From: Candidatus Parvarchaeota archaeon
Lineage (GTDB): Archaea; Nanobdellota; Nanobdellia; Parvarchaeales; Parvarchaeaceae
Direction of reading: 5' to 3'
NCBI GenBank assembly: GCA_025920305.1
Contig: JAPDMB010000002.1
Location: 1 to 33,024 of the forward strand
Length of the DNA stretch: 33,024 nucleotides
Each line of letters starts with the position of its first letter. Positions within the stretch are counted from its first letter, which is position 1. The notes under the pieces were generated by a model, which was not told where the DNA came from, searched no databases, and was given only the letters and a program-made list of their open reading frames with translations. Positions 1-8,735 of this stretch are shown in pieces. A program made the translations under genes and the position numbers.

Positions 1-209
1 TCTTCGAACTTTTCTTCTTTGTCTTCCCTCGTCCGGCTTTCTATATCAACAGGATGAAATGCCGGCTCTTTGATCACCTCTTTGAATGAGTCTACATTAT
101 CAAAGTAGGCCAGGATCTGCTCTATATCTTTTTTAATCTTTGTTTTCTCCGCTCCGTTTAGATTTATCCTGCTTATCTTCAGCAATCTATCGAATTCTTT
201 TTCATCCAT
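1..209 (-). CDS. gatC: Asp/Glu-tRNA(Asn/Gln) amidotransferase subunit C-like protein; N-terminal part, gene runs off the window start
   Basis: My own translation of the minus strand from ATG at 209-207 gives MDEKEFDRLLKISRINLNGAEKTKIKKDIEQILAYFDNVDSFKEVIKEPAFHPVDIESRTREDKEEKFE with no stop before the window edge. The pattern resembles GatC (helical N-terminus, then a hydrophobic-x-P-V/T segment and R.D). It is not in the ORF track because it is incomplete. Confidence 0.55.
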   Translation of the reverse strand, partial: MDEKEFDRLLKISRINLNGAEKTKIKKDIEQILAYFDNVDSFKEVIKEPAFHPVDIESRTREDKEEKFE

Positions 210-276
210 ATAAAGGTAGACTTCACCGTCGTATTTATCTTTAAATCCTCTTGTCTGCCCATTATAAAAAAAAGGC

Positions 277-285
277 TTAAATATA
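277..285 (+). promoter_or_regulatory. TATA-like box (ttaaatata) for glnA
   Basis: A/T box ends 28 nt upstream of the ATG at 313. The spacing fits an archaeal TATA at about -27, implying a leaderless or near-leaderless mRNA. Confidence 0.45.
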
Positions 286-312
286 GCTTCCTCTCATTAG
301 ATTCTCATCGTT

Positions 313-1629
313 ATGACGGCCAAGAAAGTACATATGCTCTTTACGGATCTAAAGGGTATAACCAGAGATGTAGCTTACTTTAATCGATCGGACAAAGCAC
401 CGATAGGCAAAACCGATGGCAGCTCCTCTTACGGTTTCGGTCATATAGAGGATAGCGATCTAGAATTGATACCGGATCCAGAGGTCCAATCCATAAACAT
501 AGGCGCATCTGAAGAGTATCAGATAAATTTGTCATACGTGTATAAGAATGGCAGTGCTTTAGAGCAGGACCCTAGGAGGATTGCCAAATCCTTGGAGTCT
601 TCTCTTCAGGAGGCAGGCTATAGATCCTTAGTCGCGGGGGAGCTGGAATTTTTTGTTTTTGATAATATCACCGCTTCGGTGAAGACTGTTGATGGCAAGT
701 TTCAGCATAGAGTAGAGATTGATTCTATAGAGTTCAAAGATGATGGGAGGTATCAGAATAAGAACAGCTATATGTTGCCTCTTAATGGGATGATCGATAA
801 GCTTACCGCGATAGTAAGCGAACTCTGGCCGAATATAGATGTGGAGGTGCTGCACCATGAGGTCGCATCATCTCAGTATGAGCTAAATGTTAGGCCAAAA
901 TCAGTTAAGGAAGCTGCAGACTGCATCATACTGTCTAAGTATCTGCTTAGAAAAGAGCTGGCTGGCATCGGTAGAGTTCCTATTTTCATTCCTAAGCCCA
1001 TCCCGTATGATAATGGCTCTGGACTGCATACGAATATCAGCCTATGGCGGGATGACAGGAACTTGTTTTACGATGAAAATGACAGTTATGCGAAACTAAG
1101 CCAAACAGGGAGATACTTTATCGGGGGAATATTAGAACACGGCAGAAGCTTGTCAGCTATCGTTTCGCCAACCGTTAACAGCTACAGGAGACTGATACCT
1201 GGATTTGAAGCACCGGTTAACCTCGTGTGGGGCAGATCAAACCGCAGCGCTGCGTTGCGTGTGCCGTTCAGCAAAGGGCAGGAAAAGGAGAGGATAGAGT
1301 ACAGGCCTCCTGACCCTTCTAGCAATCCCTACCTTGCCTTTACAGCGGTCATCGCAGCCGGTCTGGATGGGATTATAAAGAAGATAAGCCCAGGCGATCC
1401 GGAGGACAGGGACGTGTATAAATTAAGCCCTGATGAGAGGAAAGGCATTAAAACTATACCTGGTAGTTTAACTGAGGCTTTGGATGAACTTGAAACCGAC
1501 AATGAATTTCTGTCCCCTTATTTTGGTAGATCTACGATTTCAAATTACATCGATATAAAGAGGAAGGAGGTAGAGCGGGCGGCTCCCGTCGCAAGCGCGG
1601 TGGAAGTCTTAGATGCGATGAACATTTGA
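313..1629 (+). CDS. glnA: Glutamine synthetase, type I
   Basis: 438 aa with hallmark GS motifs: GSGLHTNISLW, NRSAALRVP, EYRPPDPSSNPYL. Length is typical of GSI. Confidence 0.92.
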   Translation: MTAKKVHMLFTDLKGITRDVAYFNRSDKAPIGKTDGSSSYGFGHIEDSDLELIPDPEVQSINIGASEEYQINLSYVYKNGSALEQDPRRIAKSLESSLQEAGYRSLVAGELEFFVFDNITASVKTVDGKFQHRVEIDSIEFKDDGRYQNKNSYMLPLNGMIDKLTAIVSELWPNIDVEVLHHEVASSQYELNVRPKSVKEAADCIILSKYLLRKELAGIGRVPIFIPKPIPYDNGSGLHTNISLWRDDRNLFYDENDSYAKLSQTGRYFIGGILEHGRSLSAIVSPTVNSYRRLIPGFEAPVNLVWGRSNRSAALRVPFSKGQEKERIEYRPPDPSSNPYLAFTAVIAAGLDGIIKKISPGDPEDRDVYKLSPDERKGIKTIPGSLTEALDELETDNEFLSPYFGRSTISNYIDIKRKEVERAAPVASAVEVLDAMNI

Positions 1630-1696
1630 AGTTATATCTATCCTCCTGTAAACTCTAAGGACCAAGCGCCTTTGGCCTGCGGGATGGGCCAGTTCG

Positions 1697-3052
1697 CTAT
1701 CTCTTATCTATAAGCCACTTGCTCTTGCCCCTGTCCGTATAGAATGGGACGCCTTTCTTGTCCAAAAGTTCCACATCCAAAATGCATAGACCTTTTTCTA
1801 AAGAATAGGCTATCTCCATCTGCTCTGCAGAAAGTTGACTTCGGATCGCCTTCAGTAACATATCTTTATCGCCTTCAAATCTATTCTTATCGATGTAAAA
1901 TGTGAGTTTATCTAGTCCTTTCTCGCTTGTTATAATAGAATAGCCTTCTCCAGTTTTGAAGTTATTTATCAGGTATGCGACCGTGTTGGCTATTATAGGT
2001 TCTATTAATTTTCCGGCGCCAAACCTTTTAATTCCGTCAGATCTGCCGATATAATAGCCAAAGAAACTATCGTCTTCCGCTGTGCTTGAGACCGCTACTA
2101 CATCTTTTGTGTTGTAGTTTATCAGCGGTACGTATTCTGCTCCTGGTCTAGCTTTTGTGGTTATTACGACGTCTCCTGTTTTTCCTATTGCTTCTGCCGG
2201 TGTCAATAGTTCTTTTACTCCATCAGATTCTGACATTATCATAAATTTATTGTTATATCCTATGAATTTGAAAGGCTTGTTTATTGGTCTATCTCCTTCT
2301 AATTCATCCTTTTCATAAACTCTGTAAGCAGCAACGCCCTCCGAACTTGCTATCAAATCTGTTGATGAATTTGTAGGCAGAAGATTGTACAATAATTTCG
2401 CCCTCTCGAAGGGCAGACTTTCCCCTCCCGTCAACATGTGCAATTTCAGCCTGCTTATGGCGGATTTCAGATAATTACTATCCTCCTCCTTCATGGCGTA
2501 TATCTCTCTGAATAGCGCAGATGGGAAACCTGCTATCCATATATTTTTATCCCCACTTCGATCTATGTCTTCGATCGTTCTAAGTACATCAGCTAGCGTT
2601 TGCCCGGGCCCTTGGCTGAATTCTATAGATTTTGCTTCCTTGGAGATGTAGCTCATTAAATTCCCGCTTATAGCCGGTATCGGGGGAAGCTTAGTTATAT
2701 CGATATCCATCCCATCAGGCATAACCTGGTGTACTATATTGTCTACGAAACCTATGGAAAAATCTATATTTTGATCATAAGTTCTGGGAATGATCTTAGG
2801 CTTTCCAGTCGAACCTGAGGACATGTAGACTGTTATTGGGGTTTTGGCCGCTGGAAGTAGTTTTTGATATCCTCTCTGGAATATCTCTCCATCTATTACA
2901 GGGAGGGACTTTAGAATGTTGTCCAGGTTTTCACCAGCTTCAACTGCTTTAGCTGCTTCGGTATACGGCGGTTTAGAGTAGAATGCGATGTTCTTCACAG
3001 CATATTTTATTGTTTCGTATCCATTTGGTTTTTCCATAAAACTTTCAGTCAT
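1697..3052 (-). CDS. Adenylate-forming enzyme, PaaK / coenzyme F390 synthetase-like (full two-subdomain form)
   Basis: Contains MSSGSTGKPKIIPRT (ANL superfamily motif A3, SSGTTGxPK) and YYIGRSDGIKRFGAGKLIEP (A8-like GRxDDxxKxxG). The ORF track starts it at 3082. I prefer the ATG at 3052-3050 (MTESFMEK), which forms a TAATG stop/start junction with the upstream V4R gene. Confidence 0.7.
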   Translation of the reverse strand: MTESFMEKPNGYETIKYAVKNIAFYSKPPYTEAAKAVEAGENLDNILKSLPVIDGEIFQRGYQKLLPAAKTPITVYMSSGSTGKPKIIPRTYDQNIDFSIGFVDNIVHQVMPDGMDIDITKLPPIPAISGNLMSYISKEAKSIEFSQGPGQTLADVLRTIEDIDRSGDKNIWIAGFPSALFREIYAMKEEDSNYLKSAISRLKLHMLTGGESLPFERAKLLYNLLPTNSSTDLIASSEGVAAYRVYEKDELEGDRPINKPFKFIGYNNKFMIMSESDGVKELLTPAEAIGKTGDVVITTKARPGAEYVPLINYNTKDVVAVSSTAEDDSFFGYYIGRSDGIKRFGAGKLIEPIIANTVAYLINNFKTGEGYSIITSEKGLDKLTFYIDKNRFEGDKDMLLKAIRSQLSAEQMEIAYSLEKGLCILDVELLDKKGVPFYTDRGKSKWLIDKR

Positions 3053-3579
3053 TATCGATCCTCCGTTGTCAGAAATTTGCACATATTATTTCCCGCGGCT
3101 ACGCATTCTATTTCACTCGTGTTAAATTTCTTCTCAAATATGGTCTCTAATAGCTCATTTATCAGTCCAAAGGTGAAATAGCATGCAGGTTCTTTTGAAA
3201 GCCCAAACAATTTCACATAAGTCTCTGCCAATACAGACGGGGAAATGCTCGTAATTATCTGCGCTTTTTCAACGTCAATTTTGATCTTGCCTATCCCAAC
3301 CAAAGGCGTTATGCTTGACAGGAAACTCATCATCTTATTTGGATCGTTGAATCTTGCTTTGTAATCCTTCGCTATGCTAGTTCCAAGCTGTTTACCTAAT
3401 TTTATAACCAAGTCCTTGTTGTAATCGGCTAGATATTTTGAAAAAGACACGATGAATTCGGCATTCATCATTATCCCTGGTCTACCAAGTAGTAACAGCC
3501 GATTATCCTCCACCTTCACATTTTTGCTTAGGATCAAATTCTGCAGGTATTGTTCAGCCTCTAAGTCAGAGTTATCCAT
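3052..3579 (-). CDS. V4R (4-vinyl reductase) domain small-molecule-binding protein
   Basis: 175 aa. The C-terminal signature EIECVAAGNNMCKFLT (E.xC..xG...C.F) and the overall size match stand-alone V4R / hydrocarbon-binding proteins (COG1719-like). Confidence 0.6.
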   Translation of the reverse strand: MDNSDLEAEQYLQNLILSKNVKVEDNRLLLLGRPGIMMNAEFIVSFSKYLADYNKDLVIKLGKQLGTSIAKDYKARFNDPNKMMSFLSSITPLVGIGKIKIDVEKAQIITSISPSVLAETYVKLFGLSKEPACYFTFGLINELLETIFEKKFNTSEIECVAAGNNMCKFLTTEDR

Positions 3580-3582
3580 ACT

Positions 3583-4251
3583 CTACTTTAGGTATATCCC
3601 TCCCTTGTCTATCTTCATAGGTATCACGCTTCTCTCATTGTTCGTCCTCCTCATCTTTATTATCTGCATGCTTCTATCGTACTCTCCGCCTAGGCCGGTG
3701 TAGTAAAGTTTGATCACCGCATCGGAGAGGTATTCTCCGCTGAAAAACATTATCTCATTCTCTCCGGTCCCTTGGGACTGCTCGTCTGTCATTATGGTTG
3801 TGACCCCCAGCTCCTTCAGGCTGCTTACTAAATCCAGAAGAAACCGCCTGAATTTTGAATTATTCTCAAAGTACATAGATATTGTAGACAGCGAATCTAT
3901 CACCAGTCTCTTTATATTATTTGTCTTTATAGAGTCGATTATAGGCAGATATTCAAAGTCGATCGGGGATGCGGAAATGATGTTCAGCTTATTTTGTTTT
4001 ATAAGCTCATATGGGTCCAAGCCTATCGCTTCCATATCCCTTATTATATCCTCTTTAGACTCCTCAAAAGAGTAATATAGAACATTCTCCCCGTTCTTCG
4101 CTCCGTAATGGAGGAACTGCATCCCCATTATCGATTTTCCTGCGCCGGGGCCGCCGAGCACCGTTATCACGCTGCCTTTTTCGAAGCCACCTTCTATCTT
4201 CTCATCTAATCCAGGTATACCTGTCTTTATTCTCTCTAAAGCCATACTCAT
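3583..4251 (-). CDS. KaiC/RadA-like single-domain RecA-superfamily ATPase
   Basis: 222 aa. N-terminal GIPGLDEKIEGGFEKGSVITVLGGPGAGKS (Walker A), YYSFEES (KaiC-type catalytic glutamates) and RLVIDSLSTI (Walker B). Typical archaeal KaiC-like paralog. Confidence 0.8.
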   Translation of the reverse strand: MSMALERIKTGIPGLDEKIEGGFEKGSVITVLGGPGAGKSIMGMQFLHYGAKNGENVLYYSFEESKEDIIRDMEAIGLDPYELIKQNKLNIISASPIDFEYLPIIDSIKTNNIKRLVIDSLSTISMYFENNSKFRRFLLDLVSSLKELGVTTIMTDEQSQGTGENEIMFFSGEYLSDAVIKLYYTGLGGEYDRSMQIIKMRRTNNERSVIPMKIDKGGIYLK

Positions 4252-5354
4252 CTCGATGGATCCGCTAATCCATCTACACCTTTGAATAATTCATCAGATT
4301 TAACCTTTTTGCCATAGTCCTCTGGGTGTATGAGCAGTAGTTCCGGCTGCGCGACTATCAGACGTGATCTTCCGCTCTGCCCATAACCTATCGCTTCGTC
4401 GAAACTGTAGATTGTAAACGGGTAGGGTGGGAAGTACTCTATTGAGTCGCCATTAACTTTACCGATCGAAGATTTCCCAGCGAAATGCCCATACATAGGT
4501 AGGAACTTGGTCCCTTTTCTGCCAAACTCATCTTCTAGTTTTTTAATCTCACCAGCATTTATTCCAACCCCGGATAACTTGATTAGATCTATATTTTCAA
4601 TGAATTTCTTTGGTAGACTATACACTACCTGCGGCGTTCCAGTCATCATCCCGACATTGCCTTCTGCAAGATATTCTGAAGTTTTTTTCATGACCGGACC
4701 TATAATCCTCTCCACCTCTTCATTTGATTTGTTCTTCAACCCTTTTGTACTGAAGGACAGGTCCACATACTCCATATCAAGTATGTCAGCTAGCTCCTTA
4801 TGTTCCCTTTGATACGCCCCGCCCGGGCCTAGGCAAAGCAGCTTCTTGTTAGTAAGTCTCTCATACGGAACGCGATCAAGTATCCCGACAAGCTCGTCCA
4901 AAGCTGAAAATACCAGAGGGGATATGCCATGATAGACTGTCTTAGGGGCTCCGGTCGTTCCAGATGAATCGCTCCTATAGAGATCAGATATTGATATATC
5001 CCTCGGTTTGTAGAATCTTTCGTATCCGCCCTCCTCTGCAAGTTTCCCATAATCGGCATCCCCTAATATCTGCACGATCTCGTCCAGGCTTTTTGCGTCA
5101 TCTATATCTCTCTTCTTTATGCCCCTAGAATTTGCCCTTTCAATCCAAAATTCGGATCCATCATCCGGCGATATGTGCTTTTTGACGATGAGCTTTACCC
5201 ACATTAGATTGAATTTGTCCCAACTTAATCTGCCGTTAGAGACATCCCCTAAGTGGGCAAATGTTCGGCGTATCTCTGTATCGTTTAAGGTTTTATCGAT
5301 ATCTATTAATCCTGACCAGGAAGTCCCCACAGCTATATTGTAATCTAGTCTCAT
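4248..5354 (-). CDS. Adenylate-forming enzyme-like protein (PaaK/F390 synthetase-like, short divergent form)
   Basis: 368 aa with SDSSGTTGAPKTVYH (A3 motif). I saw no clear A8/A10 C-terminal subdomain motifs. Its stop overlaps the KaiC-like start (ATGA at 4248-4251). Confidence 0.55.
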   Translation of the reverse strand: MRLDYNIAVGTSWSGLIDIDKTLNDTEIRRTFAHLGDVSNGRLSWDKFNLMWVKLIVKKHISPDDGSEFWIERANSRGIKKRDIDDAKSLDEIVQILGDADYGKLAEEGGYERFYKPRDISISDLYRSDSSGTTGAPKTVYHGISPLVFSALDELVGILDRVPYERLTNKKLLCLGPGGAYQREHKELADILDMEYVDLSFSTKGLKNKSNEEVERIIGPVMKKTSEYLAEGNVGMMTGTPQVVYSLPKKFIENIDLIKLSGVGINAGEIKKLEDEFGRKGTKFLPMYGHFAGKSSIGKVNGDSIEYFPPYPFTIYSFDEAIGYGQSGRSRLIVAQPELLLIHPEDYGKKVKSDELFKGVDGLADPSR

Positions 5355-5377
5355 GACTGATTTAATGGATTGATATA

Positions 5378-5387
5378 GTATAAATAT
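5378..5387 (-). promoter_or_regulatory. TATA-like box for the 5354->1697 operon
   Basis: The minus strand reads atatttatac, centred about 27 nt upstream of the ATG at 5354, which implies a leaderless operon transcript. Confidence 0.4.
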
Positions 5388-5457
5388 GTTTCTATTTTAA
5401 AGTGATAGTGAATGCAAGCCACAAAGATGAGAGATGGCAGAGAAAGTTTGGAAAACT

Positions 5458-5467
5458 GATTTAAATG
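5458..5467 (+). promoter_or_regulatory. TATA-like box (gatttaaatg) for the sulfatase-family gene
   Basis: Centred about 27 nt upstream of the ATG at 5489. This supports the internal start (MDYNVLFVLCD) over the ORF-track start at 5465, which lies inside the box. Confidence 0.4.
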
Positions 5468-5488
5468 CGTTTGACTACTTATTATTTT

Positions 5489-6820
5489 ATGGATTATAAT
5501 GTCTTATTCGTGCTGTGTGATACCCTCAGAAGGGATATAATTAATTTGTATGGCGGCCCCGTGAGGATGCAAAACCTATCGAATTTGGCTAGAGACGGGG
5601 TAGTCTACAATGATGCTATATCACCCTCTCCATGGACCATCCCTGCCCACGTATCGTTTTTCAGCGGGATGTACTTGAATGAACACGGTATACATGAGAC
5701 GCAAAAGTTGAGGACATGGCATGTGACGAATAACAATAAATCAATTAAGGACAGGCTGATATCCGGAATTCTATCTAGGAGAGGATATAACACGTTAGGC
5801 ATATCTACGAACCTTTTAGTTTCTACTATCACAGGCTTAGATGCAGGCTTCAATACCTTCTTTAACTTGGATACGGTACCGACAAGGTACCAGCTAAGGC
5901 AGGATAAAGATCTGATAAAGATGGTAAGGAGCGGCTACAGCAATAGCGAGATAGCTGTCTCCTTGCTGAAAAAGATGAAGATAAACACCCTGTTCAAATA
6001 TGGACTCGCATATCTTAAGACTAGGAGCACTGAGAAGGCGCTTAACTTCCCGTTCGATAAAGGAGCTTCTGCAGTCAATATGATACTGTCTAGCTCGAAT
6101 TGGAATGAGCCTTTCTTTAGGTTCATAAACCTCATGGAGGTGCATGAGCCGTACAGGCATTCATCATATAGAGGACCTCAGGAGAATTTCAAATCTGAAA
6201 GAAATAAGAGGAGAGAGATGTCAAGGGTTAAGACCGAGTATATGAAAGAAGCGGAATATCTGGACCTGATGCTTGGGAAGATCCTCCTGACTCTGAAGAA
6301 GCAGGGCGTTTATGATGACACTATGGTTATAGTGACGTCCGATCATGGCCAAGCGTTCAATGAGCACGGCTACATAGACCACGGTGTATATCTTTACGAT
6401 GAGCTCGTAAGGGTACCCATGGTCATCAAATATCCAAAGAATAGAAAATTCGAAAGGAAGAAAGGCTATCAGAGTTTAGTGAATTTACCGAAGGTGATAG
6501 TAAGCGCAACAGAGGGCGGGGATGACAGCGATCTGACGACAGAATCGGCTTTCTCAGAGTCGTACGGTTTGAATGTTCCAATCTCCGGCAGGGATCTCAA
6601 GAACAACAGGCCATTGGTAAATTTATACGAAAGACCTAGGAAGGCGGTCTTTGAAGGTGGATTCAAACTTACGATTGAAGGCAAGACCGGTAGGATAGAG
6701 GAGTTCATGAAAGACGGAAAGGATGTGTCGAATGACATCAAGTATTCAAAGGTTAGGAAAGAGCTTATAGATAAAATTGACATCTTCAAAGGACAGGAGA
6801 AATTTTTGTTGCCTGAATGA
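5489..6820 (+). CDS. Sulfatase / alkaline-phosphatase-superfamily hydrolase or transferase
   Basis: N-terminal VLFVLCDTLRRD (metal-binding Asp region) and VTSDHGQAFNEHGYIDHG (sulfatase family C-terminal metal site). The nucleophile motif reads SPWTIPAHVSFFSG, that is T-x-P-x-H in place of C/S-x-P-x-R. Confidence 0.75.
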   Translation: MDYNVLFVLCDTLRRDIINLYGGPVRMQNLSNLARDGVVYNDAISPSPWTIPAHVSFFSGMYLNEHGIHETQKLRTWHVTNNNKSIKDRLISGILSRRGYNTLGISTNLLVSTITGLDAGFNTFFNLDTVPTRYQLRQDKDLIKMVRSGYSNSEIAVSLLKKMKINTLFKYGLAYLKTRSTEKALNFPFDKGASAVNMILSSSNWNEPFFRFINLMEVHEPYRHSSYRGPQENFKSERNKRREMSRVKTEYMKEAEYLDLMLGKILLTLKKQGVYDDTMVIVTSDHGQAFNEHGYIDHGVYLYDELVRVPMVIKYPKNRKFERKKGYQSLVNLPKVIVSATEGGDDSDLTTESAFSESYGLNVPISGRDLKNNRPLVNLYERPRKAVFEGGFKLTIEGKTGRIEEFMKDGKDVSNDIKYSKVRKELIDKIDIFKGQEKFLLPE

Positions 6821-7512
6821 AAACTAAGTTTTTTGTCGGTACATCTGGTTGGGCCTACAGCTGGAATAAGGGAGGCAGTCTAGATTGGTATGTATCGGAC
6901 TCCGGGCTGAACGCAGTTGAGCTCAACGCCAGCTTCTACAGGTTCCCCTTCCCCAACCAGATCGCAGGCTGGAGCAGGAAAGGCAGAGGACTGTCCTGGT
7001 CGATAAAAGTGAACAAAAGCATAACGCACATGTACAAGTTTAGCGATGATGCGGTTCAAATGCTTAGGAGATTCATAGCTGCCTTCAAAGTCATGGATAA
7101 GCTGATAGATAACTACCTGTTTCAGCTTCCGCCCTCTATGAAGGTTGATAATTTAGATAGAATAATCAGCTTCATAGAGGAGAGCAGGCCTAAGCTTAAT
7201 GCGGTGTTGGAGCCCAGGGACGTCTCATGGTTCAATGAGGAGGTCTACTCTACCCTTAGAGGGGCTGGGCTGGCTCTATGCAGCATTGATTCTCCGATCG
7301 GCTCTTTCATCGTCAAAACCACAGATAGGGTATATCTTAGGCTTCACGGTAGGAAGACGTGGTACAGGTACAATTACTCAAGAGGAGAACTGTCGGAGAT
7401 AATTGACAGGGTATTGGAATCAAAGCCGAGGGAAGCCTTCATATTTTTCAATAACGATGAAAATATGCTCAAAAATGCGGTTGAAACTTTGAAGATCATC
7501 GGTGAATTATGA
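6817..7512 (+). CDS. DUF72 (UPF0759) family protein
   Basis: 231 aa. VGTSGWAYSWNKG, VELNASFYRFP, YLRLHGRKTWYRYNYS and FIFFNND are the characteristic DUF72 blocks. ATGA overlap with the upstream gene. Confidence 0.8.
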   Translation: MKTKFFVGTSGWAYSWNKGGSLDWYVSDSGLNAVELNASFYRFPFPNQIAGWSRKGRGLSWSIKVNKSITHMYKFSDDAVQMLRRFIAAFKVMDKLIDNYLFQLPPSMKVDNLDRIISFIEESRPKLNAVLEPRDVSWFNEEVYSTLRGAGLALCSIDSPIGSFIVKTTDRVYLRLHGRKTWYRYNYSRGELSEIIDRVLESKPREAFIFFNNDENMLKNAVETLKIIGEL

Positions 7513-7967
7513 GAGACGAGAAATATCTTGAAGAATTTATCAAGGAGAAAAAAATAGACGCTGAGGTGATAAAGACCGATGGTGATTCCGGATCATCCGC
7601 CTCAGCTGCTGAAACATTGGGTATAGCCGTCGAGAATATAGCAAAGACTATCTGCATCGTTGCGGATGGGGAGTTCATGAGCGTAGTCCTCCAGGGGGAC
7701 AAGAGGATAAATCTAGAAAGATTGAGGCATGTGCTTGGAAAAAATAAGATTAGACTGGCCCACGATGAGGAGATAATAAAATACACTGGCTTTGAAAAAG
7801 GAGGGGTACCTCCTGTATCCTACATTGGTAAGTTCATAGTCGATTCTAATCTGAATCCGGATCAAGAGGTTTTCTGTGGCGGCGGTTCCAAGAACAGCGT
7901 GCTTAGGATAAAGGTTAATGATATAATAAATCTGAATAAGCCTATGATATTAAATGTATCCGATTAA
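7509..7967 (+). CDS. YbaK/ProX-type aminoacyl-tRNA trans-editing deacylase
   Basis: 152 aa. SAAETLGIAVENIAKTICIVADGEFMSVVLQGDKRINLERL ... GFEKGGVPPV matches the YbaK/EbsC domain pattern. ATGA overlap with the DUF72 gene. Confidence 0.75.
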   Translation: MRDEKYLEEFIKEKKIDAEVIKTDGDSGSSASAAETLGIAVENIAKTICIVADGEFMSVVLQGDKRINLERLRHVLGKNKIRLAHDEEIIKYTGFEKGGVPPVSYIGKFIVDSNLNPDQEVFCGGGSKNSVLRIKVNDIINLNKPMILNVSD

Positions 7968-7977
7968 GATGTGGATA

Positions 7978-8733
7978 TTATTTAATGATACTTTCCTTAA
8001 CAGCTTCCGCTTCTTCCATTAATAGATCCAGCGCTTCGTCCACTATCTGCTTTAAAGAAAGTTGTCCCCAGCTTTCTATCTCAAAGACTATTTTTTTATT
8101 ATCGGATGAGACTCTTATGATATCCTTTCCCGCGAAATCTTCGCAGGCTCCGCATAGGATGCATCTGCTTAGTTGCCCCTTTTTCACCGATAGTTTTCCG
8201 TCTTCGGCTTCCAAGATATTTACTGGGCATTTCTCCGCAATCTGAGAGGCGTTCTTCACGTTCTCTTTCGTTATATCTATCTTCGGATAAAAATGGTAGA
8301 AAACATGGGCAGGTGTGAACTTAGTATGCTCATTTCCGTCTCCGAATTTTGTCTTCGCCTCCAAATCTATCGACTCTCCGAGTTTTAATGGGACTATGAC
8401 CATATCATCGTAAACTGGTACTATATCCGGGTCTGAAGACTTAAGATCTCCGGAATGCACGATCTTCGGGCCGATCTCCTTCAAAGTGAATACCACCTCC
8501 TTCTTAGATCTTTCTAGCTCCGGGATGGTCTTTATTGGTATTAATCCTAATCTGTGAGCTAGTATCTCATCATACATCGTACTGGTGTTGTTGTATATTA
8601 TCACATCATCTATAGCGATTGTTTTTACACCCGTTATTATGGCCCGTCTTAGCGCGTTTACGACCGAAAAATGCGTATCCGTTATTAGGAATTGAGCTCG
8701 ATTTTCGCCTTTGCTTATCACTTCAACTGCCAT
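7978..8733 (-). CDS. rpoD: DNA-directed RNA polymerase subunit D (Rpo3)
   Basis: NALRRAI motif and conserved position after S13-S4-S11. The ferredoxin-like insertion carries four Cys (CP...21 aa...CILCGAC), consistent with one [4Fe-4S] site. Start moved to the ATG at 8733 (MAVEVISKG), 2 nt after the S11 stop; the ORF-track start at 8775 would overlap S11. Confidence 0.85.
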   Translation of the reverse strand: MAVEVISKGENRAQFLITDTHFSVVNALRRAIITGVKTIAIDDVIIYNNTSTMYDEILAHRLGLIPIKTIPELERSKKEVVFTLKEIGPKIVHSGDLKSSDPDIVPVYDDMVIVPLKLGESIDLEAKTKFGDGNEHTKFTPAHVFYHFYPKIDITKENVKNASQIAEKCPVNILEAEDGKLSVKKGQLSRCILCGACEDFAGKDIIRVSSDNKKIVFEIESWGQLSLKQIVDEALDLLMEEAEAVKESIIK

Positions 8734-8735
8734 AT

